Origin: Spirochaetia bacterium
GTDB lineage: Bacteria; Spirochaetota; Spirochaetia; CADAEX01
Assembly (NCBI GenBank): GCA_963662795.1
Contig: OY759746.1
Coordinates: 1,760,001 to 1,824,000 of the forward strand
Direction: 5' to 3'
DNA: 64,000 nt
Positions 1-8,196 of the stretch are shown one piece after another (position 1 is the first letter of the stretch; every line of letters starts with the position of its first letter). The position numbers were made by a program, and so were the translations under genes. Under the pieces are notes generated by a model, which was not told the DNA's origin, made no database searches, and worked only from the letters and a program-made list of their open reading frames with translations.

Positions 1-432
1 GCGAGGGTGAGGGATACCGGGAAGTGGAAGATTTTTGCCCAGACTTCAGCTGACTCCATGGTAAGTACAGTGCCTGTTAAAACCTGGAAGGAGCTGTATC
101 TGCAGGAACTCAGGTGGAGCACAGGCGCCATCCATGCCCCTGATATTGCTTCCAGGGTCGGCTACGGGTTTATCATGTATCAGCTTCTGATCGGTATAAT
201 CCTGTTTATACCGGCTTTTTTTAATCCCTTTTTCTTCCCTGTCTTTTTTTGCGGAATCGTTTCCATGCTTTCTGTTTCACTGACTTACGGGCTTCATCTG
301 AAGCCGGGTCTTTCATTCTGGAAGACACTGCCTCTCTCTCTGGTGATTGCACAGTTTCTTTTCCCCATAGTCACTGCAAGGGCTTCCTTCCGGCCGTCAG
401 TTATATGGAAGGGCAATAAACTTGATACATGA
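1..432 (+). CDS. Glycosyltransferase family 2, C-terminal part (5' end outside the window); HpnI/ceramide-glucosyltransferase-like
   Basis: Frame is open from base 1. It has a QxxRW motif (QELRW), several TM segments and a C-terminal VIWKG. Confidence 0.7.
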   Translation, partial: ARVRDTGKWKIFAQTSADSMVSTVPVKTWKELYLQELRWSTGAIHAPDIASRVGYGFIMYQLLIGIILFIPAFFNPFFFPVFFCGIVSMLSVSLTYGLHLKPGLSFWKTLPLSLVIAQFLFPIVTARASFRPSVIWKGNKLDT

Positions 433-514
433 TTTATGCTTGATCAGAGGCGATGGGTAAGCAGCGCCGGAGCGACTTACTGATTCTATGAAAAGAATAC
501 TTAAACGGCATAAG

Positions 515-1081
515 TTACATAATCCAGGTGTCATGCCTGGTGGATGATACGGAACAGGCCCCGGCGTCGAGGGCTGTCATTATATCTTCCCTGTCTGTAA
601 TAAGGCCCCCGGCTATAACCGGCATGTGTGTGGAAGCTGCAAAAAGCTTTATGACTTTAGGCATAAGACCGGGGAGGATTTCAATTGCATCCGGTTTGCA
701 TTCCTTTATAGCCTTGAAGCCCGAGTCGATTGAAAGTGAGTCGAGGATGAAAAAACGCTGTATAACAAATATTTTTCTTTCCTTTGCAGATTTTACAAGG
801 CTTGTCTTGGTGGTTATTATTCCGTCTGTCTGTGTCTGATCCGCAAGATAATCAAGCGCGTAAACTGATCTTGCAAGCCCTTCCACAAGATCAAAGTGGA
901 TAAATGCAATTTTGCCTGAATCCTTGACTTTCCCTACCAGTCTTGAAATGTTGGTGATTGTCGAGGTAAGTATGAAAATAATTTCGTTGTCGGTCCTAAG
1001 TGCATCGTCAAGGTCTTTTTCATCCTTGACCGCAGGAATTATAGGATTGCTGCGGAAAGCTGCTACAATATCTGGAATCAT
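515..1081 (-). CDS. glpP: Glycerol-3-phosphate-responsive antiterminator GlpP
   Basis: 188 aa with IIPAVK, HFDLVEGL, DGIITTK, IQRFFILDS, PDAIEILPG, PVIAGGLI and AGACSVSS, all typical of GlpP. Confidence 0.95.
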   Translation of the reverse strand: MIPDIVAAFRSNPIIPAVKDEKDLDDALRTDNEIIFILTSTITNISRLVGKVKDSGKIAFIHFDLVEGLARSVYALDYLADQTQTDGIITTKTSLVKSAKERKIFVIQRFFILDSLSIDSGFKAIKECKPDAIEILPGLMPKVIKLFAASTHMPVIAGGLITDREDIMTALDAGACSVSSTRHDTWIM

Positions 1082-1146
1082 ATTGGTTAATTATTTATCA
1101 GCCTGAATACTTTGTCAAACCCTAACCCCTTTAAATAATTAAATAT

Positions 1147-1176
1147 TTGACATTCTTATATTTTAGGGATTATACT
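1147..1176 (+). promoter_or_regulatory. Sigma70-type promoter of the ABC transporter operon
   Basis: TTGACA (1147-1152), 18 bp spacer, TATACT (1171-1176). Confidence 0.7.
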
Positions 1177-1189
1177 AATGTCAGTACAA

Positions 1190-1257
1190 GATGGCGGAGT
1201 AACAGAGAGCCGGGAAAATGAGGCACAAAGTGTTGTCTTGTTTTGCCGTTTTTTTTT
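1190..1257 (+). promoter_or_regulatory. Leader attenuator, copy 1 (putative GlpP target)
   Basis: GGCGGAG..GAGAGCCG (1205-1212), then stem CGGGAAAATGAGGCA/TGTCTTGTTTTGCCG and T9 (1249-1257), lying between the promoter and the first gene. Confidence 0.75.
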
Positions 1258-1401
1258 GCCCTGATGTCTCTGGATAGACATGACTCTGTCTTGATACTTT
1301 TTTGGCTTTTATATCTTAAATAATAAATTATCACCCTTTCGATACGGGAAAAATTAATTATTAAGATGTATAATTGAATATGATTTCCAGAGGAGGAAAC
1401 A

Positions 1402-2490
1402 ATGAAAAAGTTATTATTGGTTTTTTTATGCCTTGCAGTACTTGCATCAGGCGTCTTTGCCGGCGGTAAGAAAGAAGCGGCGAAAGAAGAGAACAAGGTC
1501 CTAAGGCTCATATCCTGGACAGGATATGCTCCCGCAGACCAGATTGCGAAATTTAAAGAAGAAACAGGCATTACTGTTGAGGTTACTTTCAGCAGCAACG
1601 AAGAGATGATATCAAAGCTCAGGGCGACAAGAGGCGGCGGATTTGATCTTGCCCAGCCTTCACAGGACAGGATTTCAGCGATGGTTGAAGAATTCGGTAT
1701 ATATCAGCCTATCGATTATTCAAAGGTTAACACAGCTCAGCTTGACCCTAGCATGCTTGCAGCGACAAAAAAATATACAGAAGTTAACGGCAAATCATAT
1801 GCAGTTCCCCATGTGTTCGGAACATCAGGTCTTATTGTAAACAAGGCAAAAGCTCCTGACGTAAAAGACTACAAAGATCTTCTTGATCCCAAATATACAG
1901 GAAGAACTGCCTACAGAATGAAGAGACCGACAATCCTTGCTATGGGATTCTCACTTGGTTATGATCCCTTTGCTCTCTACAGCGACAAGGCTGCTTACCA
2001 GAAATATCTTGATGAAATAGGCGATGTTCTTATCAAGGCAAAACCGGTTGTAAGAAACTACTGGGAAAACGGAGATGCGCTTCTTGAATCAATGAGATCA
2101 GGCGAAGTATGGGCAGCAATGGGCTGGGAACAGCAGGCCTGGAAGCTTTATAAGGAAAACAAGGACATCGATTATGTTGCGCCGGCGAGCGGATCAATGG
2201 CATGGGTTGACACATTCGCAATTCCCGCAAAATCAGAAAATGTTGAAGGCGCCTACAAGTGGATCAACTTCGTACTTAAACCTGAAAATGCCGCAGCTTT
2301 CACAAATGTGGAAAATTACGGAACATCATCAAAAGACGCTGTGAAATTCCTGAATCCAGAAGCAGCTGCCAACTTCTCAAGGTGCTTTACACCGGAAGTT
2401 ATGGCAAAAATGAACTGGTATCCGACAGTTCCAGCCGGTCTTGAAGAGATGGAAGGAAAGACAATGGACAAGATCAAGGCTTCCAAGTAA
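1402..2490 (+). CDS. ABC transporter substrate-binding protein, PotD/PotF family
   Basis: SD GAGGAGG, signal peptide VFAGGKKE, motifs SWTGY, FKEETGITV, SNEEMISKL, AWVDTFAIP and AYKWINF. Confidence 0.9.
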   Translation: MKKLLLVFLCLAVLASGVFAGGKKEAAKEENKVLRLISWTGYAPADQIAKFKEETGITVEVTFSSNEEMISKLRATRGGGFDLAQPSQDRISAMVEEFGIYQPIDYSKVNTAQLDPSMLAATKKYTEVNGKSYAVPHVFGTSGLIVNKAKAPDVKDYKDLLDPKYTGRTAYRMKRPTILAMGFSLGYDPFALYSDKAAYQKYLDEIGDVLIKAKPVVRNYWENGDALLESMRSGEVWAAMGWEQQAWKLYKENKDIDYVAPASGSMAWVDTFAIPAKSENVEGAYKWINFVLKPENAAAFTNVENYGTSSKDAVKFLNPEAAANFSRCFTPEVMAKMNWYPTVPAGLEEMEGKTMDKIKASK

Positions 2491-2516
2491 GAATTGGTCC
2501 TGAAATAATTGTAAAA

Positions 2517-2607
2517 TGCCGGCGGTTTCTGTATCGAAGCGGAGTTTTGGAACCGCGTTTCAGGGTTTCACCCTGAAGGGGCGAGTTTAAGATACACCCC
2601 GCCGGTA
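2517..2607 (+). other. Multi-branched intergenic RNA/DNA structure after the binding-protein gene
   Basis: TGCCGGCGG/CCGCCGGTA and TGTATC/GATACA close two internal hairpins (GCGG/CCGC and TTCAGGG/CCCTGAA). Confidence 0.55.
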
Positions 2608-2616
2608 TCACTTTTT

Positions 2617-2682
2617 CGGCAAAGAGACATGAGAGCCGGAAGATAAGGTATTTGTTAAATGACCTTGTTTGCCGGTTTTTTT
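2617..2682 (+). promoter_or_regulatory. Internal attenuator, copy 2 (putative GlpP target)
   Basis: GGCAAAGAG..GAGAGCCG (2631-2638), stem GCCGGAAGATAAGGTATTT/AAATGACCTTGTTTGCCGGT and a T tract. Clearly homologous to copy 1. Confidence 0.75.
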
Positions 2683-2868
2683 ATGCCGGCAGTTGCAGAT
2701 CCTTCGGTGATAAGTATATAAACCTGACGCGGTATTGGTATTTTGATCTTTAAAACCTTCATGACAGGGTTTATAATATTTATTGAGGAAAGCAATTGTG
2801 ATACATCTGCGGCTCGTCCGGGCAAAAGATTCATGTTGATAAAAAATTTATTATAGAGGTATTGAAAG

Positions 2869-3975
2869 ATGCAGATTGATTTATCGGTTAAGGAACTTAC
2901 CAGGAAATTCGGCGAATTTACAGCTGTCGACAGGGTATCTTTCAATGTTGAAAGCGGCAAATTCTTTTCAATACTCGGCCCTTCCGGCTGCGGTAAAACA
3001 ACCCTGCTTAGAATGATAGCAGGTTTCTATGAACCCACCAGTGGTGCCATAGAAATCCGGGGCGATGACATGGCAGGGGTTGAGCCCAACAGGCGACCGG
3101 TTAATCTGGTTTTTCAGCACCTGGCGCTTTTTCCCATGATGGATGTCAAGGAAAATATTGCATTCGGACTCAAGAGACGGGGAGAGAAAGGGCCGGCTGT
3201 TTACAAAAAAGTTAACGACCTGCTGGAAAGAGTAGGTCTTCCGGAACAGGCTAACAAGAAAATCAGCCAGCTTTCAGGGGGGCAGAAACAGAGGGTCGCA
3301 ATAGCAAGATGCCTTATACTTGAACCTGCCGTCCTCCTTCTTGACGAGCCGCTCGGCGCGCTTGATCTCAAACTAAGGGAGCATATGAAGGTTGAGCTCA
3401 AGAAGCTGCAGGTACAGGTCGGAACAACGTTTGTGTATATCACGCATGACCAGTCTGAGGCGATGGTTATGAGCGATTATGTAGCTGTCATGAATTCAGG
3501 CCACTTTGAACAGCTTGATACACCCCAGACCCTGTACAACAATCCCCAGTCCTCCTTTGTCGCCCAGTTTGTCGGTGACAATAATCAGTTTATAGGAATA
3601 CTTCACCGTGATGAGAACGGCTCCCATTATGTAGTAACAGATGATAAGAGAAAATATCTTGTAAGGGAATGCGACTTATCCGACGGGGAAAGGGTTGAAA
3701 TGTATATAAGGCCTGAGGCGGTCATAATTAAACCTGATGCGGGAAAAGCCAATTTCAATACTGTTAAAGTTCTTGTAAAAGCGATACTTTTCGACGGAGC
3801 CAACAGCCGTCTGCTTGTTGTGCTGGATGGGAGTGATAAAGAGCTTATAGTTTCCCTGCCCCAGAACAGGCAGTTTGACTATATCAAATCGGGCGATTCC
3901 ATTGAAATCGGCTGGGACATCAAATCTGCTGTCTGTTTCAGGGAATCAGGAGTTAAAGCTTATGCTGAACTCTAA
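2869..3975 (+). CDS. ABC transporter ATP-binding protein, PotA family
   Basis: Walker A GPSGCGKTT, LSGGQKQRVA, LLLDEPLGALD, and a C-terminal TOBE-like region. Confidence 0.93.
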   Translation: MQIDLSVKELTRKFGEFTAVDRVSFNVESGKFFSILGPSGCGKTTLLRMIAGFYEPTSGAIEIRGDDMAGVEPNRRPVNLVFQHLALFPMMDVKENIAFGLKRRGEKGPAVYKKVNDLLERVGLPEQANKKISQLSGGQKQRVAIARCLILEPAVLLLDEPLGALDLKLREHMKVELKKLQVQVGTTFVYITHDQSEAMVMSDYVAVMNSGHFEQLDTPQTLYNNPQSSFVAQFVGDNNQFIGILHRDENGSHYVVTDDKRKYLVRECDLSDGERVEMYIRPEAVIIKPDAGKANFNTVKVLVKAILFDGANSRLLVVLDGSDKELIVSLPQNRQFDYIKSGDSIEIGWDIKSAVCFRESGVKAYAEL

Positions 3976-4819
3976 ACATAATAAAATCAGATGGGGTTTC
4001 TGGATTTTCTTTATACCGGTTTTTCTCTGGCTCTTTCTCCTCATTATCCTTCCCCATATCGAGCTTTTAAGGATGTCTTTTTTTGAAAGAAAATCCGGGT
4101 TTACCATTGCAAACTATGCAGCCTTTTTTACAGAGCCTATCTACTGGCTTACGTTTGTAAGAACAGCCTTGTATTCGATAATAGTAACATTTATTGTTCT
4201 TGTTGTGGCGCTGCCTGTTTCTTTCTATGTTACAAAGGTTTCAGGATTCAAGGTGCAGGGTTTTCTTATGGTGCTCCTCCTCCTGCCGTTCTGGGTAAGC
4301 GAACTGATCAGGGTTTACGGCTGGATGATACTGCTCCGGGAAAGCGGGGTAATCAACAAGATTCTTGTGGGAATGGGTTTTTGGGACCAGCCTGTCGAGA
4401 TGCTCTACAATGATGCTGTTATGATAATGGGGCTTGTATATACCTCAATACTTTTTATGGTTATCCCAATAATAGGCGTTATGGAAAGCCTTGATGATTC
4501 CTATATAGAAGCAGCCTATGATCTCGGCGCCAAAAAGATGGTAATCTGGCAGAAGATCATTATCCCTCACTGCATGCCGGGTATAATGTCGGGATCAATT
4601 GTTGTTTTCATGCTTGTTCTTGGAAGTTATCTGACTCCAAACCTTATGGGAGGCAAGAATTCCCTCTGGTTTACCCAGCAGATATATAATCAGTTTATAA
4701 CATATTTCAACTGGAATCAGGGCGCCGCTTTCGGCTTTCTCCTTCTCCTGATGTCTTCGGGAATTATATGGGTAGCTCTCCGGCTTACGGGGCAGCAGCT
4801 TAGCGAGGTGGTAAAATGA
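3962..4819 (+). CDS. ABC transporter permease, PotB family (start moved to ATG 3962)
   Basis: SD AGGAG at about 3948, LPFWVSELIRVYGW, EAA loop EAAYDLGA, multiple TM segments. Confidence 0.9.
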   Translation: MLNSKHNKIRWGFWIFFIPVFLWLFLLIILPHIELLRMSFFERKSGFTIANYAAFFTEPIYWLTFVRTALYSIIVTFIVLVVALPVSFYVTKVSGFKVQGFLMVLLLLPFWVSELIRVYGWMILLRESGVINKILVGMGFWDQPVEMLYNDAVMIMGLVYTSILFMVIPIIGVMESLDDSYIEAAYDLGAKKMVIWQKIIIPHCMPGIMSGSIVVFMLVLGSYLTPNLMGGKNSLWFTQQIYNQFITYFNWNQGAAFGFLLLLMSSGIIWVALRLTGQQLSEVVK

Positions 4820-5670
4820 TAAGATCACTTCCCAGATCAACCGCATATAAAACAACCTATTCCCTGTTTATTTTCCTCTATTTTTTGTTTCTTTTCGCCC
4901 CTCTGCTTGTTACCTGTATACTTGCGTTTAACGATTCAATGTTCCCTTCCCTGCCCTGGAACGGGTTTACGCTTGACTGGTTTACAGGGGCCGGACCTGA
5001 AAAAATAGGTATTTTTAATGATAAAATAAACCTCCGCAGTATCGGAGTATCTTTCAGGGTCGCTGTTGCTGTTTCGGCACTTTCGACCGTAGTCGGCACC
5101 TGTGCCGCATTCCTGTTTGAGCAGGAGAATTTCAGATTCAAAAACCTCTTCTATTTTCTTATGCTTGCTCCCCTTGTAATACCGGGCGTTATACTGGGTA
5201 TATCTATCCTGTTGTTTTCAAATCTTGCAGGTATATTTTTTGAAGAAAAACTGGGTATGGATGTTAAATTGTTCAGCCCCGGTACATGGCTTGTTATTAT
5301 GGGGCAGTTTTCTTTTATCACGACTTTTGTCGCGCTTGTCGTCGGGGCCAGACTCAAGAAATTTGACAAAACCCTTGAAGAGGCGGCATACAACCTGGGC
5401 GCAAACAGGTTTGAGGTTATCTGGTTCATTACATTGAAATTTTTACGCCCTTCAATAATCGGAGGAGCGGCAGTAGCGTTTCTGATGTCGTTTGAAAATT
5501 TTAATACAACCCTTTTTCTTGTAGGTTCTGAAGCAACCCTGCCCATCAATCTGTATCTGCAGGTAAGGGACGGCTCAACGCCTGTAATTAACGCAATATC
5601 CTTTCTACTGATACTTTCTACTTCCATATTTGCAGTTGCCAATCTCTATTTTTCAAAGAAGGAGGAATAG
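4816..5670 (+). CDS. ABC transporter permease, PotC family
   Basis: ATGA overlap with the upstream gene, GFTLDWF, EEAAYNLGA, TLPI..Y and TPVINAIS. Confidence 0.9.
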   Translation: MIRSLPRSTAYKTTYSLFIFLYFLFLFAPLLVTCILAFNDSMFPSLPWNGFTLDWFTGAGPEKIGIFNDKINLRSIGVSFRVAVAVSALSTVVGTCAAFLFEQENFRFKNLFYFLMLAPLVIPGVILGISILLFSNLAGIFFEEKLGMDVKLFSPGTWLVIMGQFSFITTFVALVVGARLKKFDKTLEEAAYNLGANRFEVIWFITLKFLRPSIIGGAAVAFLMSFENFNTTLFLVGSEATLPINLYLQVRDGSTPVINAISFLLILSTSIFAVANLYFSKKEE

Positions 5671-5686
5671 AAAGGGACGGGAGATA

Positions 5687-5715
5687 TTGTTTATACTTAA
5701 GCTTGAAAATATAAT
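5687..5715 (+). promoter_or_regulatory. Internal sigma70-type promoter upstream of the DHH/kinase genes
   Basis: TTGTTT (5687-5692), 17 bp spacer, TATAAT (5710-5715). Confidence 0.6.
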
Positions 5716-5720
5716 AGTAA

Positions 5721-5785
5721 AGGCAGGATTTAAGAGAGCCGTGGTCCGTAAGGTGTTAAAATATACCGGGGATCCCGGCTTTTTT
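5721..5785 (+). promoter_or_regulatory. Leader attenuator, copy 3 (putative GlpP target)
   Basis: GGCAGGA..GAGAGCCG (5734-5741), stem GCCGTGGTCC..GGTGT/ATACC..GGATCCCGGC and T6. Confidence 0.7.
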
Positions 5786-5900
5786 ACGGAATAAGAGGAA
5801 TTGAGGACAGAAAGATAAGGCCGGATAACTGAAAACCGGTAAATCATCCGGAAAAGCTGTGCTGACCGGATCAATGGAGAAATGATAAAGGGGTGGAGCG

Positions 5901-7154
5901 ATGGATTTAAGTGACGCGATGGAAAAATATCTGAAAGACATCAGGGGCGGAATTGAAAAAATGAAAAGCTACGGATCAAAAGAGCTTATCCTTCTGCATC
6001 ATAACGATTCTGACGGACTTACATCCGGGTCGATTCTGCTTAGGGCTTTCAAGCGCGCAGGTTTCAGTGTGAGCCGGTTTTCACTTGAAAAACCGTATCC
6101 TGCCGTTCTTGAAAAACTGTTTGATGAAAACAGCGGGAAGATCGTTGTCTTTGCGGATTTTGCCGGAAAGATTGCCCCTATAATTGCAGAAATCAACAGG
6201 GGGAGAAATCTTGTTCTTCTGCTCGATCACCACAGGGCAGAGCCGTCACCTGATGAATCTGTTCTTAATCTTGACCCGGACCTTTACGGCCTGAGGGGCG
6301 ACAGGGACATATCCGCATCGGTCGTCTGCTATTATTTTGCGGTGGAACTTGATAAGGCAAACCGCGACCTTGTTCATATCGCAGCTTTCGGCGGAATCGC
6401 AGATTTCTACTATCTTGACAGGAAGGTCCACTCATACAACAGGCTCTGCTTTGAGGAAGCTGTGAAATCTGGCCTTATGAGAAGCGATAACGCCGGAGGA
6501 GAGGAGAGGTTTTATATCACTCTGGGAGAAATGGAATTGGATGTTGTTGATTTTTATCCTCTTCTTGATATCGCAGGGGGTGTAGGTTTTTATAACGGCG
6601 GGCCTGAACTTGGTATTTCCATTCTGCTTGAAGGACTTACTCTCGGTAAACTTGAAAAAATTGAAAAGCTTAAAAAAATCAAGGACTCTCTTTTCGCGCA
6701 GGAACTTGAAACCCTTAAAAAGGGTGGGCTGCACGATACCGGCAATATCCAGTGGTTCGATACAAAAGAAAAGTTCTCTCCTATGGGAGTAAAAATGATC
6801 GGAGTTTTTTGCGAAGAGATAGCGGAACTTGATTTTCTTGACCACGGGAAATATCTCGCAGGTTTTCAGATAATACCTGATACAGTTCCCGGATTCGGTA
6901 CTGTAAAGATGGGACAGACAAAGATTTCTATGAGAAGTTCATCAGAACTCTCTAAAAAAATAATTGATAAGAAAATGCCCGGAATGAGTGATTTTCTTCC
7001 TGAAGCGACAAATAATCTGGGCGGATTCGCGGATGCCTGCCACAGCATAGCAGCTGCGACTACGATCAACGCAGGACGGGAAAGCGAGCTTATGGATGAA
7101 ACACAGAAAGTTCTGGAATCAAAAATGAAGAAAAATGGAGGATTAAATGGGTAA
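5901..7154 (+). CDS. DHH family phosphoesterase
   Basis: HHNDSDGLTSG (motif I), VFAD (motif II), LLDHH (motif III) and GGIAD (motif IV). Confidence 0.85.
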   Translation: MDLSDAMEKYLKDIRGGIEKMKSYGSKELILLHHNDSDGLTSGSILLRAFKRAGFSVSRFSLEKPYPAVLEKLFDENSGKIVVFADFAGKIAPIIAEINRGRNLVLLLDHHRAEPSPDESVLNLDPDLYGLRGDRDISASVVCYYFAVELDKANRDLVHIAAFGGIADFYYLDRKVHSYNRLCFEEAVKSGLMRSDNAGGEERFYITLGEMELDVVDFYPLLDIAGGVGFYNGGPELGISILLEGLTLGKLEKIEKLKKIKDSLFAQELETLKKGGLHDTGNIQWFDTKEKFSPMGVKMIGVFCEEIAELDFLDHGKYLAGFQIIPDTVPGFGTVKMGQTKISMRSSSELSKKIIDKKMPGMSDFLPEATNNLGGFADACHSIAAATTINAGRESELMDETQKVLESKMKKNGGLNG

Positions 7155-8124
7155 GGGGACTGCTTTTGGAAAATCTATTCTTATTGGCGATCAGTTTGTT
7201 TTAAACGGGGTGCCTGCAATACTATCCGCGCTGCCGTATCAGACAGAAACAATTGTTGAAAGGACGCCTGGTCTCGGCGGAAGGGGTTTTACCGTTGTTG
7301 ACAACAGGGTTGAGGTTCCGGGATACAAAAAGAAAAAAGAGGAAGCCTGCTACAGATCGTATGAGCAGATGATAAAGGTGATGGGACTTGATCTTAAAAA
7401 GAACCCGATAAAAATTACTGTCGGAGGCGACCTGCTTGCCGGGAGCGGTGTAGGGGCGAGCGCCGCGATAAGCGTTTCATTTGCCCGTGCGTGCAACAGG
7501 GAATTCAATCTGGGCCTTGATGCGATTGAGGAGAACTATATAGGCTGGGAGGGTGAGCATGCCTACCACGGTATTCCGAGCGGTGTAGACAATACAGCAT
7601 CATCCTTCGGCGGACTCATGATGTACATGATCCGGGACGGGAAAAAAATGTATGAAAGAATTGTCCCGGCCAAACCTCTTTATATTGTTCTTGCCAACAG
7701 CGGTGTCACATATAACACTGCCCTTCTTGATGAGCATGTTGAGGGGATGATTAAAAACAATCCCGAACTTTTCTACACTACAATGAGTAAAATTACATCC
7801 CAGGTGTATGAAATGAAAAAGGCGATTGAATCAGGCGATCTTGCATCAGCCGGTAAAATCATGACAGAAAACCACAGGCTGCTGATTGATATGGATTTAA
7901 GCCAGGAAAGGCTGATTGAGCTTTGCGGAAGGTCCATAGAGATGGGCGCTTACGGCGCAAAGCTTACCGGCGGCGGGAAGGGAGGCTACATGGTCGCGCT
8001 TGTGAAAGATGCGGATATGCAGAAAAAGATAGCATCGAAATTCGAGTCTGAAGGCGTTCCTGTCATAACTGCCCAGCTTGGAATCAATGCCGCGGATAAC
8101 GTTAAGTTCAGGATCCTTAAATAA
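7147..8124 (+). CDS. GHMP kinase, mevalonate-kinase-like
   Basis: GKSILIGDQFV, ATP loop AGSGVGASAA, HGIPSGVDNTASSFGG and GAKLTGGGKGG. Confidence 0.85.
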   Translation: MGKGTAFGKSILIGDQFVLNGVPAILSALPYQTETIVERTPGLGGRGFTVVDNRVEVPGYKKKKEEACYRSYEQMIKVMGLDLKKNPIKITVGGDLLAGSGVGASAAISVSFARACNREFNLGLDAIEENYIGWEGEHAYHGIPSGVDNTASSFGGLMMYMIRDGKKMYERIVPAKPLYIVLANSGVTYNTALLDEHVEGMIKNNPELFYTTMSKITSQVYEMKKAIESGDLASAGKIMTENHRLLIDMDLSQERLIELCGRSIEMGAYGAKLTGGGKGGYMVALVKDADMQKKIASKFESEGVPVITAQLGINAADNVKFRILK

Positions 8125-8148
8125 AACTTACTCGCTGTTAAAGCGGGG

Positions 8149-8196
8149 AGGGCAGCCGGAACCGGAAAATACCGGAAGACGGGCTGCCCTTTTTTT
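8149..8196 (+). terminator. Rho-independent terminator ending the ABC/DHH/kinase unit
   Basis: AGGGCAGCC/GGCTGCCCT stem followed by a T run. Confidence 0.7.

Noticed and set aside
449-490. GGCGATGG...CGCC resembling the start of a fluoride riboswitch
   Set aside because: Lacks the downstream conserved pseudoknot segment and lies between convergent gene ends with no gene to regulate.
1170-1598. 142-aa minus-strand ORF and the many other short antisense or overlapping ORFs in the track
   Set aside because: They overlap well-supported genes or regulatory DNA and show no motifs or SD sites; treated as shadow ORFs.
7147-8124. Assigning the symbol mvk and a mevalonate pathway locus
   Set aside because: The acceptor motif is altered and no other pathway genes are present; only the family is supported.
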